Counted from the stretch's first letter, positions 40,057 to 50,230 are shown. The stretch is DNA of 64,000 nt from an uncultured Spirochaetota bacterium (GCA_963835575.1 CAWIGG010000006.1:1-64000), one strand, 5' to 3'. Numbers and translations are program-made. The notes: a model not told the origin generated them from the letters alone.

Positions 40057-41793
40057 TTATTGCAGTAATAATCTTTTCTTTATAATCCGCTGCAAATAGA
40101 ATAATCCGTCAAAAGCTTCTTCATACAATTTATTCCAGGCTTCTAACAGGTCCGGGGAAAGCGATTCATGCTCTTGTGTTTCAAGAATTCTCTCTATTGA
40201 ATCCTGCATGGTAAATTCAATCAGCCGTGCTAATAGAGATTGGCCCTGAATGCATTTAAGGAAAATCTGATCAAAATCCGACATGGCTTTAAATTCAGAT
40301 GTCAGTTGTTTTTTTAAATGGTATTTCCTGAGAGCCGAACGGGAAGCCTCGGAGGCTTTTTTTGAAAAGATTATCTGATGGTCTATTTCATTTCCAATTT
40401 CTTTTAATATATCAATATAACCGGCTTCATCTTTTGATTGGAATTCAGTTTTAAAATTTTTATTAAGAACCGGAAGGCTTTTTATCTGAAGCAAAGCTTC
40501 TTTTAAAGGGATATGTTTCGCGCCTTTTATTAAAGCGCCGCCCTCGGTCGAATTGATCACTTCAGCGTTCGTGAATTGGATTTCCTTCTGGAACCAATCC
40601 AGAAAAGTCAGAAACTTCCTGTCCGTAGCGGCTTTTGTGTTATTCCAGCCGTCGATTTCAATCCTGTCGGAGAGTAAAAGCATTTTGGAATTATATGCCT
40701 CATAGGTCTGAAAGCGGTTTATTTTATAATAGAGGAATTCTTCGAGTATACTGCCTTTAATATGGGTATGTTTTTTGGAATAGGCAAGGTCCTGGCCGAT
40801 AAAAATTATGGGATCGCATTTTAAATAACGGGCTAGATCAAAAGCAGTGGTAGAAACAGAACCTCCGCAGAGAAGGCTGCCTTTTTCTCCCCAGAATTGC
40901 TTTAATTCGTTATAAAATGGAAAAATTGTGTCAAAGAAGTAAGTGTTTGATGGATTATATTTCAATAGGCCGAGAAAAGATGCGGCGGAATCCATTACGA
41001 GGGCCGTTTTGTTATTGAATGCATAAAGAAGATAGAACATGTTTTTATCCTGAGGGTCGACACTGATGACAAAATCGGCCTGAATGCCATGCCCGCAGAG
41101 GTTCGCATAGGCCGTATCCGTGGAAATGATGACAACTTTATCCATATATTCTTTTAAAATCTCAATATTTTTGGATAGCGATGGGCCGGCCCCTATAATG
41201 ACAGCCGGTTTTTTTTCAAAATTGTGCCTGATATCAATAATTCCCGGAGTTTTAAAATAAAACAAAGAATTTTTTATTGTGTTTTTGAGCCAGACCTTCT
41301 GGAATCTTTTTAAAGTGGCTTTGTTTATATTCTTTTTAGAAAGATAGGCGATTAATATTCCTTCCAGTGAAGAATAAATTTCCGGAAAGAGTGTGTAATA
41401 GGGGCGGTGAATATAAAAACTCAGTTCTTTAATGGAGTTTTTATCCAGGAAATCAATGATGCCTGAAATATCATATTTTATTAAATGCACGCGGGGATTC
41501 GAAAAAAGTCGGGCGCTATTCCCGGTCTCCTCTGAAAATTGAAGGATTTCATCAGAATGCTCAAAAACGATTATATTGAATTGAGTATTTTCGAGGAGAT
41601 ATTCTACAATATAACCAAGGCCGAAACCGGCTATCAATATCCAGTTCAGTGATGAATTGAACCGGGTAGTAATCCTTCTGGCTTCTTCAAAAGGCCGGGA
41701 CGAATGAAGCGTAATAATTTTGCCGTTTCTTGATATACGCGCGTTTATGAGCCCTTCGGGAGTGTTAAATTTTTCTATTTTTAAAGTGTTCAT
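40057..41793 (-). CDS. Motility-associated factor (Maf) flagellin glycosyltransferase
   Basis: LHS, GFGLGY, IIGAGPSL.KN, GGSVST.A, IGQDLAY, INSTEGGA.I.G. Confidence 0.88.
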   Translation of the reverse strand: MNTLKIEKFNTPEGLINARISRNGKIITLHSSRPFEEARRITTRFNSSLNWILIAGFGLGYIVEYLLENTQFNIIVFEHSDEILQFSEETGNSARLFSNPRVHLIKYDISGIIDFLDKNSIKELSFYIHRPYYTLFPEIYSSLEGILIAYLSKKNINKATLKRFQKVWLKNTIKNSLFYFKTPGIIDIRHNFEKKPAVIIGAGPSLSKNIEILKEYMDKVVIISTDTAYANLCGHGIQADFVISVDPQDKNMFYLLYAFNNKTALVMDSAASFLGLLKYNPSNTYFFDTIFPFYNELKQFWGEKGSLLCGGSVSTTAFDLARYLKCDPIIFIGQDLAYSKKHTHIKGSILEEFLYYKINRFQTYEAYNSKMLLLSDRIEIDGWNNTKAATDRKFLTFLDWFQKEIQFTNAEVINSTEGGALIKGAKHIPLKEALLQIKSLPVLNKNFKTEFQSKDEAGYIDILKEIGNEIDHQIIFSKKASEASRSALRKYHLKKQLTSEFKAMSDFDQIFLKCIQGQSLLARLIEFTMQDSIERILETQEHESLSPDLLEAWNKLYEEAFDGLFYLQRIIKKRLLLQ

Positions 41794-41813
41794 ATTCTTA
41801 ATAAGCTCCTCCG

Positions 41814-43409
41814 CTAATCGCCGGAAAAATAGGGAGTGGAAGCGATCATTCTCCTGATAATATTGGCGAAAACCGGAGCGGCAACCAGTCCTCCGGTATG
41901 TTTAATGCCATGCGGCTTATGGATGATGACAACAAAAGTATATTTCGGGGCAGAAGACGGTACATACCCGACAAAAACGGCATTGAAAAGATCTTTATAG
42001 TAACCGTTCCCGCTTTCCTTTGCGATCTGGCCCGTTCCTGTTTTACCGGCTATTGTTATGCCTTCAATTTTCGCGCTGATGGCGGTCCCGTTTTCACTGA
42101 CAACTTTTTCCATCATTTTCAAAAGAGCCCTGCTGTTCTCAGGCGAAATAACAGGATACTCTTTATAACCGGGCTTGTAAACATTTCTGCCTTTTTCATC
42201 AATAATACTGCTGATGAGAACCGGGGTTTTATAATTTCCGTCGCTAGCGATAACACTTGAGGCGGCAGCCAGCTGAACTGCCGTAACGCCTATTTCCTGG
42301 CCGATAGAGATCATATATTTCGATAATATTGACCATTTACCAGTATTCCTCAAGATACCGCTGGAATTTTCATTCAAAGGAAGAGAGACAGGATCGCCGA
42401 ACCCGAATTCCTTAAGAAATTGATAATATTCATTTTTTTTAAACCGGTCAGCCACCTGGACCATTCCCACATTGCAGGATTTTTGTATAATTGTGGACAG
42501 ATCCACCTGACCATGAGGTTCGGAACATGTAAAATCATGGTCTTGAACAGACGCGGTGCCGCTGCAATCATAAACCGGATAGAAAGGCGAATTGTATTTT
42601 TTTTCCAGGGCGAAAGCCGCGCTGAATTGCTTCATGACCGAACCGGGCTCAAAAATACTGGAAGTCGCCCTCAGCCGCATGTTATAAACGCTCATGCTTT
42701 TTAAATCATTCGGGTCAAATGTGGGGAAATCCACGAAGGCCAATATTTCCCTTGAGGCATTGTCCATTATAACAACACTGCCGTATTCCGCCTGATTTTC
42801 TATAATGCCCTTTTTGAGTTCTTCATAGGCTATTAAAGAAAGATCCCTGTCCAGTGTTGTATAGATTGAATTTCCCTGTTCCAGATAAGTATTCATGGAA
42901 AGTTCAAGCCCTGTAAGACCTTTATTATCCATTCCGACAATGCCGACAGTATGGGCGGCCGCGGATGAAGTGTAAAAACGGCCCTGTTCTGGTATAATTC
43001 CCAGTTCGTCTTTTAAAATGATATTGCTCTTTTTTAATACTGAAATCATATCTTTTACAGGTTCGATTTCGGTCAGGGACATTTTTCTTCTGATCCAGAT
43101 AAAATTTCTGTCGCTGAATATTCCGGATAATTCATTGGTCTGGAAATGTCTCTGGGAAAGAAGGGAATAATAGGCCTTCTTCATGTCTTCGCTGATGGAT
43201 TTAGGTCTGATATAAAAAGAATAGAATGTTGATGAGATGGCCAGTTCTTTTTGATTCCTGTCAAAAATCGAGCCTCTTATCGTTTCCGGAAAGGAAATGC
43301 TTTTTAAACGGGGGTCAGGGAATAATGAAATGACTATAATCCTGATCTGCAGAAGAACAAAAAAGAGTATAAAGATAAAAAAAACGATACCTATTCTTTC
43401 ACGCCGCAT
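41814..43409 (-). CDS. Class B penicillin-binding protein (FtsI-like)
   Basis: RG.IFDRN, FEPGSVMK (SxxK), SCN (SxN), KTGT. Confidence 0.92.
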   Translation of the reverse strand: MRRERIGIVFFIFILFFVLLQIRIIVISLFPDPRLKSISFPETIRGSIFDRNQKELAISSTFYSFYIRPKSISEDMKKAYYSLLSQRHFQTNELSGIFSDRNFIWIRRKMSLTEIEPVKDMISVLKKSNIILKDELGIIPEQGRFYTSSAAAHTVGIVGMDNKGLTGLELSMNTYLEQGNSIYTTLDRDLSLIAYEELKKGIIENQAEYGSVVIMDNASREILAFVDFPTFDPNDLKSMSVYNMRLRATSSIFEPGSVMKQFSAAFALEKKYNSPFYPVYDCSGTASVQDHDFTCSEPHGQVDLSTIIQKSCNVGMVQVADRFKKNEYYQFLKEFGFGDPVSLPLNENSSGILRNTGKWSILSKYMISIGQEIGVTAVQLAAASSVIASDGNYKTPVLISSIIDEKGRNVYKPGYKEYPVISPENSRALLKMMEKVVSENGTAISAKIEGITIAGKTGTGQIAKESGNGYYKDLFNAVFVGYVPSSAPKYTFVVIIHKPHGIKHTGGLVAAPVFANIIRRMIASTPYFSGD

Positions 43410-43621
43410 AAATGAATTCCTTTCATACTAAACCGGGAAATTTATTTTATCTTTTCCCAAAATGAATTTACCAGCTACTTGTAAGCTTATGCAAAAATAT
43501 CGCTTAATTCAGGCACAAGTAGATTATACAAAATATTGATTGAAATTGCTATTTTTATCGTTTTTTTCTATACTTTCTCAATATGTAGGGCCTTTATTCC
43601 GAAAAAAATAAAGGTGTTCCG

Positions 43622-43674
43622 TCCCTCACCATTTTGTCAGGCTGCACCGGTGAAGCTAACAAAATGGTGAGGGA
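43622..43674. repeat. REP-like palindrome, copy 1
   Basis: TCCCTCACCATTTTGT...ACAAAATGGTGAGGGA; second copy at 46460-46510. Confidence 0.85.
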
Positions 43675-43700
43675 TTGAAACGCCCGGAATAATATATTCA

Positions 43701-43904
43701 GGGCAGTTCCAAAAACTCAAAATCAATCAGATATTTCCAACATAGGTTTTGGAACTGCCCCGGTTATAGAATCTCTTGTAAATTTAATTGGCGCTACCGT
43801 ATAGAGTTCGCTGGTTGATGATCTTTTCAGACAGCGAACTCGGGCGGTAGCATGAACTCATATAATAGCGGCAGTTCTAAATATTTGAGTTTTTAGAACT
43901 GCCC
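43701..43904. mobile_element. MITE/REP-like element with GGGCAGTTCYAAAAACTCAAA inverted ends and nested hairpins
   Basis: Inverted repeat 43701-43721 vs 43884-43904; internal motif copies; central hairpin 43793-43851. Confidence 0.5.
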
Positions 43905-43963
43905 TTAATTATTTTTAAATATTTTGGCGGTTTTTAGAACTGTCTATAATTAAATCCGGGGGA

Positions 43964-45376
43964 TTGGATATGTCGGCTTTTATCAGCCTTCTTTTATTTT
44001 TTGTATATAAAGCCGGAGTTGTTATTCTATCTTACACAGCTCTGACTTATTTTAATATGCGCTTTGATCTGATCACATTTTATTTTTATTTATTCCTGTC
44101 TTTCTTCCAATTTTTATTTATTTTTATTCAAACGTTATCAAAAGGAAGTAAAAAGAAAAGGGCGGCCGGAACCGCCCAGACCAGCGCCATTTTCCAGTAT
44201 ACAACCGTTATCTGTTTACTGATGGAAATAGTCATTCTGGGGATGATTATTTATTACCTGAATATACAGGGAAATGATCTGTATAATCTGTTTATGATCC
44301 TGACAACGCTGACGCCTCTTCATACGATCTTTTATTATCTGCATTCCATTCTATTCGGGTTTATCATTAAAAAAAGGAACGTCAGGATCAAAAGTGTCGG
44401 CACTTTTCCGCTGATGCTGTTTATCCTGATATCATTCGGGGAACCTATCGCCTATATTGTGATGAAATATTTTATAAAAGTAAAAGTGAATTTTCTGAGT
44501 ATTCTGTCCTTTAACACTAATGTCACTGTAAACAAACTCGATTTTCTGTTTTTTACTTTTATTATGCTTGTCAACGGACTGGTTGTTTTCCTTTTATTTT
44601 TCTATAAAAAAATTAAAGCGAAAAAAGTTTACCGCCTTCTTGCAAACTATTCCCTGCTTTCCGGTCCCGGAAAAATCATTGTGGATGAGCCGAATGAATG
44701 CGGTTATATTGAAACCGGCCTGATAGAGTTTTCAGAAAAGCTGGCCAAGGAAAAGGGGAATATCACGCTTCTCAATGATTATATTTCCATGAATATCAGA
44801 AGCGAAATAGCGAAGTTCGGTTTAAAGCAGGAAGGAGAAGAAAAAACAGCCGCGGTTGCCACGATAAAATTTCATCTCAGCCAGCGGGACATAACGCCCG
44901 AGCATTATATTAAAATGATGAATACTATCGTAACTGTGATCGGGGAATACGCGGATGAGTATGAGGCTTACCCGTTTTTCCAGCTGAACAAAGCTGTTGT
45001 TGTTTACGGCGTTCCCTATTATTATGAGCATGAGAAATATAACGCCATAGAAGCGACCCAGAAAACAATAGGCGATATTGAGAAGCTGATAGAAGGCGAG
45101 GGCGGTGAAATTTCGCTTAATGCCGGCATATACAGCGGCAGCGTTATTGTCGGGGCTTACAACACAAAAGGCAGGGACCTCAGGGAATATGGAGTGGCGG
45201 GGAGCGGCATAGAGCTTTCCGAAAAAATAGCCCTTGCGGCCGAAAACATCGGCGTAAAACTGCTTGTGAATGACAGTATGGTCGAGAATTTAAAGAATAA
45301 ATTCTATCCTGAAAGAACGTTTAAAATCAAAATGAAAAATGGGGAAGAAATAGTTGTTTCGCAGTTAAAGATTTGA
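43964..45376 (+). CDS. Multi-TM protein with a degenerate class III adenylate/guanylate cyclase domain
   Basis: N-terminal TM helices; G.E....V, GIYSG.VIVG...REY.V.G; canonical D-I-x-G-F-T and K-x-x-G-D motifs absent. Confidence 0.65.
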   Translation: MDMSAFISLLLFFVYKAGVVILSYTALTYFNMRFDLITFYFYLFLSFFQFLFIFIQTLSKGSKKKRAAGTAQTSAIFQYTTVICLLMEIVILGMIIYYLNIQGNDLYNLFMILTTLTPLHTIFYYLHSILFGFIIKKRNVRIKSVGTFPLMLFILISFGEPIAYIVMKYFIKVKVNFLSILSFNTNVTVNKLDFLFFTFIMLVNGLVVFLLFFYKKIKAKKVYRLLANYSLLSGPGKIIVDEPNECGYIETGLIEFSEKLAKEKGNITLLNDYISMNIRSEIAKFGLKQEGEEKTAAVATIKFHLSQRDITPEHYIKMMNTIVTVIGEYADEYEAYPFFQLNKAVVVYGVPYYYEHEKYNAIEATQKTIGDIEKLIEGEGGEISLNAGIYSGSVIVGAYNTKGRDLREYGVAGSGIELSEKIALAAENIGVKLLVNDSMVENLKNKFYPERTFKIKMKNGEEIVVSQLKI

Positions 45377-45395
45377 TTATAAACAAGAATGAAGC

Positions 45396-46256
45396 CTAAT
45401 CGGCAGTATTAAAAATCCCGTCAAAAACCATTTGAGCGCTTCCGTTCAAATAAACAGAGCCGTTTTCCGGCCATTCGATTGTGAGATCCCCGCCCGGCAA
45501 GTGAACAAGCACTTTACGCCCGGTCTGTGAGTTTAATACGCATGATACAACGCTTGCGCAGGCGCCTGTCCCGCAGGCGAGAGTCTCGCCGCTGCCGCGC
45601 TCCCATACCCGCATTTTAATTTCACCGGGAGAAACGAGCTGAATAAATTCGACATTGGTCCTTCCGGGAAAAACATCAAGCCTGTTTTCGACCACTTTGC
45701 CGTATTTTTCCACCTCGAAATGGCCCACGTCATCTATGACGGTCACAGCATGAGGGTTTCCCATCGACACAAGTGTAAAGAGAAACTTTCGGTCCAGAAT
45801 TGTCAAATCTATCTGTGAATAGCCTTTTTTGTTCAACTCCGCTGCTGCCGGGATATGCTTAGGTTCGAGGACCGGTTTTCCCATGTCGACCTGAATATTT
45901 CCTATTGCCCCGTCGGTGTTTTGAGCTATGGTAATATGCCGTATCCCGCAGAGAGTTTCTATATCAAGATCAAGTTTTTTTGACAGGCCTTTTTTAAAAG
46001 CAAACAGGGCAAGCTGGCGGATCCCGTTTCCGCACATTTCAGCCTCGCTTCCGTCAGCGTTGAACATGCGCATTTTCAAATCGGCTTTCTCAGAAGGCGC
46101 GGCCAGAATAATCCCATCGCCGCCGATACCAAAATGCCTGTCACTCATTATTTTTGAAAGCCGGGGGGCATTTTCAATCAACCCGGGGTTTTTAAAAGCG
46201 TCCATTAATATATAATCGTTGCCTGCCGCCTGCATTTTTGTAAATTCTATCCGCAT
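45396..46256 (-). CDS. dapF: Diaminopimelate epimerase
   Basis: GNDY, EMCGNG, SMGNPH, ERG.GETLACGTG. Confidence 0.98.
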   Translation of the reverse strand: MRIEFTKMQAAGNDYILMDAFKNPGLIENAPRLSKIMSDRHFGIGGDGIILAAPSEKADLKMRMFNADGSEAEMCGNGIRQLALFAFKKGLSKKLDLDIETLCGIRHITIAQNTDGAIGNIQVDMGKPVLEPKHIPAAAELNKKGYSQIDLTILDRKFLFTLVSMGNPHAVTVIDDVGHFEVEKYGKVVENRLDVFPGRTNVEFIQLVSPGEIKMRVWERGSGETLACGTGACASVVSCVLNSQTGRKVLVHLPGGDLTIEWPENGSVYLNGSAQMVFDGIFNTAD

Positions 46257-46459
46257 AGTGGCTCCTCTTAATTTTCAAATTGGTATCGCATCTCCGGCAG
46301 ATGTTTTCAGAACAGATATTTTATACCTCATAGCCGGATATTACAAGCGTTTGAGGGAATCCTCTGATAAACCGGATCAGGAGAGGGCTTTCCTTTAAAC
46401 AGCTGACGGTAAAGAATAGAAAAGCCGCTTAATATTTCTTTATTTCCAAAAAAAAACGC

Positions 46460-46510
46460 CCCTCACCATTTTGTCAGGCAGCACCGGTGAAGCCTGCAAA
46501 ATGGTGAGGG
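46460..46510. repeat. REP-like palindrome, copy 2
   Basis: CCCTCACCATTTTG...CAAAATGGTGAGGG with the same GCACCGGTGAAGC loop. Confidence 0.85.
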
Positions 46511-46532
46511 ACGCCATCTTATTCTTTATTTA

Positions 46533-46982
46533 TCAGCCGTTTTGAAGCACTTCGGTGACAATATTTTTAACCTGGCTTCCTTCAGCCCTTCCCTTGACAC
46601 GGGCCATGACTTCTTTCATGACTTTACCCATATCGGAAGGAGAGGCGGCTCCAAGCTCCTCTTTGACCTCCAGAGTTATTTTCATGACTTCTTTGTCTGA
46701 AAGCATGGGCGGGAGCAGGGAGGAAAGGAATTCGATTTCCTTTTTTTCTTTGTCGGATAAATCGGTGCGTTCCGCCTTTACAAATTCCAGTAAAACATCT
46801 TTCTTCTGTTTGATTGTCTTTTGAATAAAGGCCAGTACGTCTCCGTCTTCCAGTTCTTTCTTTTTATTGAGCACTTCGTATTTTAGCTCGGAAACAAGCA
46901 TGCTCAGAACATTAGTCAGAAACTTGTCCTGCTTTTTACGCGCATCAATATACTGCCTCTGAATATCTTCAAACATTCCCAT
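46533..46982 (-). CDS. GatB/YqeY domain protein
   Basis: R.DL..KE..EI..L...LP, DMGKVM......KGRA.G. Confidence 0.93.
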   Translation of the reverse strand: MGMFEDIQRQYIDARKKQDKFLTNVLSMLVSELKYEVLNKKKELEDGDVLAFIQKTIKQKKDVLLEFVKAERTDLSDKEKKEIEFLSSLLPPMLSDKEVMKITLEVKEELGAASPSDMGKVMKEVMARVKGRAEGSQVKNIVTEVLQNG

Positions 46983-46996
46983 ATAAATGTTCTCTA

Positions 46997-47218
46997 TTAA
47001 ATATAACGGCTCATCTGCCGCATTTTTCTGATTTTCTTCTCGATCTTCCTCTGAACGGTTGAGATCTTTTTCTTTCTTGATTCAGACGGTTTTTCATAAA
47101 AACGGTGCTTTTTTTCTTCTGTCAGGATACCGTCTTTTTCAACTTCCTTTTTGAACCTTTTTAAAGCGGAATCAACCGATTCATTGTCTCGTACGTCAAC
47201 TTGAAGCATTCTTATCAC
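46997..47218 (-). CDS. rpsU: 30S ribosomal protein S21
   Basis: ES.DSALKRFKK...FYEKPS. Confidence 0.96.
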   Translation of the reverse strand: MIRMLQVDVRDNESVDSALKRFKKEVEKDGILTEEKKHRFYEKPSESRKKKISTVQRKIEKKIRKMRQMSRYI

Positions 47219-47251
47219 CTCTTTAATTAAAATTACCTATTACTTCCGGAC

Positions 47252-47590
47252 CTATCCGGGGGGCCATCCGAAAACCCTTCCGCCCATAAGATGAAAATGA
47301 ATATGAAAAACGGACTGCATCGCGTTTCTATTGCAGTTTGCTGTAACCCTGTAGCCGCTTTGATCAATATTCAGTTCTTTCGCCAGCTTCTGGACAGCCT
47401 GAAAGATATCTCCATAAATTGAAAAATCGCTCACATCATTGAGCGTATTTAAATGTTCTTTCGGAATTATTACAATATGGACCGGCGCCTGAGGATTAAC
47501 GTCTTTAAAAGCCACAACCTTATCATTTTCCAGGACAATATTAGCGGGAATCTCCTTCTTCGCTATCTTGCAAAATATGCAATCTGTCAT
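47252..47590 (-). CDS. HIT family nucleotide-binding protein
   Basis: CIFCKI, PQAPVH, QSVFHIHFHL.GGR...WPPG. Confidence 0.96.
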   Translation of the reverse strand: MTDCIFCKIAKKEIPANIVLENDKVVAFKDVNPQAPVHIVIIPKEHLNTLNDVSDFSIYGDIFQAVQKLAKELNIDQSGYRVTANCNRNAMQSVFHIHFHLMGGRVFGWPPG

Positions 47591-47786
47591 AGCCGCCCTT
47601 CCTTAACTCCGGCTGTATATTATAATGAGAGAAAGAATTATTTGCAAAAAATAAATGTATAAAAATTCTTGACATATCTAAAATAAAGATTAATATTATT
47701 GTACAAAAATTGAGTTGTTGGTTTTACAGCGGGGAGAAACGGCTGTAACGGCTGGTTTTGCCTCAAGTAAACTGAGGAGCAGCGAT

Positions 47787-48185
47787 ATGTATATGAAGGA
47801 CATGATGGGGAATTCCATATCGGATGATGCGGAATTTGATGATTTAGATGATTTTGATTATGTCGATCAATTTATCTCCAAGGACGAGGAAGGCGATGAT
47901 GCGTCAGACCTGAGCGAGGATTTTGACGATCTGGATGACCTTTATGTCGATGAAAGCGAGGACCAGGATGAATTGGGCGAAATGAATGATGATTTTGTGG
48001 ATGATGAGGAAAATACGATTGATGATGATGTAAACGATATGGATGAGGAACTGGAAGCTCGTTTTATCTGTGAGGATTGCGGTCATAAATGGCTTGATTA
48101 TGTGACAGAAACAGATGAGGAAAATGATCTTCTGGAAGTCAGCTGTCCCCTCTGCGGTTCTCAAAACGTTTCCATGGAAAGATAA
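47787..48185 (+). CDS. Highly acidic protein with a C-terminal zinc ribbon
   Basis: GAGGAG RBS; Asp/Glu-rich; CEDC...CPLC. Confidence 0.7.
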   Translation: MYMKDMMGNSISDDAEFDDLDDFDYVDQFISKDEEGDDASDLSEDFDDLDDLYVDESEDQDELGEMNDDFVDDEENTIDDDVNDMDEELEARFICEDCGHKWLDYVTETDEENDLLEVSCPLCGSQNVSMER

Positions 48186-48230
48186 TCAAAATAATTATAA
48201 TTTCACTTAATAAAAAACAGGTAATAAAAA

Positions 48231-48563
48231 ATGGAAATACTGGTGAGGAAAATCGTCTTATTTATTAGAAATTTGATTTATAAAATGAAAGTATCGATTT
48301 TATTTGAGTTTAAAGTAAAGCCGAAAATCATTGAAATGAAAAACTTTGTCCGCCGGATTGTCAGCAGCCGCAGCGAATACTTCCCGATCGGTAAAAGCCT
48401 TTTTATCTTTGACGGCAAGGATGACACGATTTATTTTATTATTTATAAGGAATCTCTTGCCATTTCCGTTATGGAAGTTTATGACGAGATCTTAAACCGT
48501 ATTCCAGACCGGTATCAAATCCTGCCTAAAGTTAGATTTAATGATCTTCTTGTCAGCGCATAA
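48231..48563 (+). CDS. Hypothetical protein
   Basis: 110-aa ORF in the same orientation as its neighbours. Confidence 0.55.
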   Translation: MEILVRKIVLFIRNLIYKMKVSILFEFKVKPKIIEMKNFVRRIVSSRSEYFPIGKSLFIFDGKDDTIYFIIYKESLAISVMEVYDEILNRIPDRYQILPKVRFNDLLVSA

Positions 48564-48597
48564 GTCAAGACGCATTTCAGGGTGTTGAGTTTCAAGA

Positions 48598-49293
48598 ATG
48601 AATAAAACATTATTCTTTTTTATCTTGTTAATTATTGTGTCCTGCGGCCAAAACTTAAAACATGTTAAAAGCAATGGTCCCGTGAAAAAACAGGAAACAA
48701 TCACTCCCGCTGTCATAAAACCGGAAAACGCGGAAAGTCAAAACAATATTACAAAAACCAGAAATTCCATTATCAATCAAAATAAAGAAAAATGTAAAAT
48801 ACTTGTTGTGAATAATCATATTGACCGTTTCTCCGGCAAAGAGCTGGCTTTATCCGTTGAAAAATCAAATCATTCCGAATTATCGACAAATAATGCGGGT
48901 GAAGAATTCACGCTTTATTATTACCGGCAGATAACCTCAGTATACAGCGGGACAAAAGTATATGAACGGATTACAAATATCACAAAAACGCTTTATGAGA
49001 TCACAAACGGTGATTTAGAGCTTATGTATGTGTTTAAAAATGTCAGGATCGAAAATTATATTAACAAAGCCGATTCCGGATTATCTGTATTTAAATATGA
49101 ATGCCTGAGATATTTTCCCGATATTTCAGAAACAGAAATGAATAAACAATTCAATAAATACCGCGGTTTTATTAAAAATAAATTTGGCAATTTAATATAT
49201 ATGATTGATGTCATCGCTCCCGATTATTATTCAATCTATATTTATTATCCGCCCCGGGATAAATTACTGCTGATTAATGCCTATATTGATTGA
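48598..49293 (+). CDS. Hypothetical lipoprotein
   Basis: Lipobox-like IIVSC after a hydrophobic stretch. Confidence 0.6.
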   Translation: MNKTLFFFILLIIVSCGQNLKHVKSNGPVKKQETITPAVIKPENAESQNNITKTRNSIINQNKEKCKILVVNNHIDRFSGKELALSVEKSNHSELSTNNAGEEFTLYYYRQITSVYSGTKVYERITNITKTLYEITNGDLELMYVFKNVRIENYINKADSGLSVFKYECLRYFPDISETEMNKQFNKYRGFIKNKFGNLIYMIDVIAPDYYSIYIYYPPRDKLLLINAYID

Positions 49294-49419
49294 AGTCAAA
49301 CGGACAAGACTTTTAAGAGATTTGAAGGTTATTCAGTCTGTAGATATAATATTGTTCAATTTTTTTACTGATTGACAGAATTTGTAAAAAAAGATTCGGG
49401 ATAAGGAGGATTTGGAAAA

Positions 49420-50172
49420 ATGGCTGATCTGGGAATTAAAGACAGGGTTGCCGTGATTACTGGAGCGGCGCGGGGAATAGGAAAGGCAATTGCCATGAAG
49501 CTGGCGGAGGAAAAAGCGAAGATAGTAATTACGGACATCAATGAGGAGATGGCGAATGCCGCCGCTGCAGAAATAGCCGGCCTGTATTCTGTTGAAACTT
49601 TTTCAATAAAGCATGATGTTTCTTCAGAGGAATCCACAAAAGAAGCGATGGACAGCACCGTCAAGAGGTTTTCAAGAATTGATATCCTTATTAATAACGC
49701 CGGCATAACAAAAGATGCGCGGTTGATGATGATGCCTAAATCATTCTGGGATCTTGTTATTTCTATTAATCTGACAGGCGCGTTTAACTGTACAAAGTAT
49801 GCCTCAAAACAGATGCTTAAACAGAATAGCGGCAGTATTGTCAATATTGCCAGCGTTGTCGGGCTGATGGGAAATATAGGACAGGCGAACTATTCTGCAT
49901 CCAAGGCCGGTTTGATCGGTCTCACTAAAACAGCGGCAAAAGAACTGGCGGTCCGCGGCATCAATGTCAATGCGGTTGCCCCAGGCTATATCCGCTCCGA
50001 TATGACGGAACTTCTTTCAGAGGAAGTGACGAAAAAAATGATGGAAACCATCCCCATGAGCGATTACGGAAAGCCTGAAGACGTCGCCGATGCGGTTTTA
50101 TTTTTAGTTTCTAATAAAGCAAGGTATATTACAGGCCAGGTCTTAAATGTTGACGGCGGGATGGTAATGTGA
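49420..50172 (+). CDS. fabG: 3-oxoacyl-ACP reductase
   Basis: TGAARGIG, NNAGIT.D, GNIGQANYSASK, ITGQVL.VDGGM. Confidence 0.95.
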   Translation: MADLGIKDRVAVITGAARGIGKAIAMKLAEEKAKIVITDINEEMANAAAAEIAGLYSVETFSIKHDVSSEESTKEAMDSTVKRFSRIDILINNAGITKDARLMMMPKSFWDLVISINLTGAFNCTKYASKQMLKQNSGSIVNIASVVGLMGNIGQANYSASKAGLIGLTKTAAKELAVRGINVNAVAPGYIRSDMTELLSEEVTKKMMETIPMSDYGKPEDVADAVLFLVSNKARYITGQVLNVDGGMVM

Positions 50173-50230
50173 GTAAAGGTATGCCGAAAGGTATATTTTA
50201 GGGAACGGTTATTCAGTTAAGGGAGGTGTA

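Noticed and set aside
46260..46440. Lysine riboswitch upstream of dapF
   Set aside because: The conserved L-box motifs could not be recognised on the minus strand.
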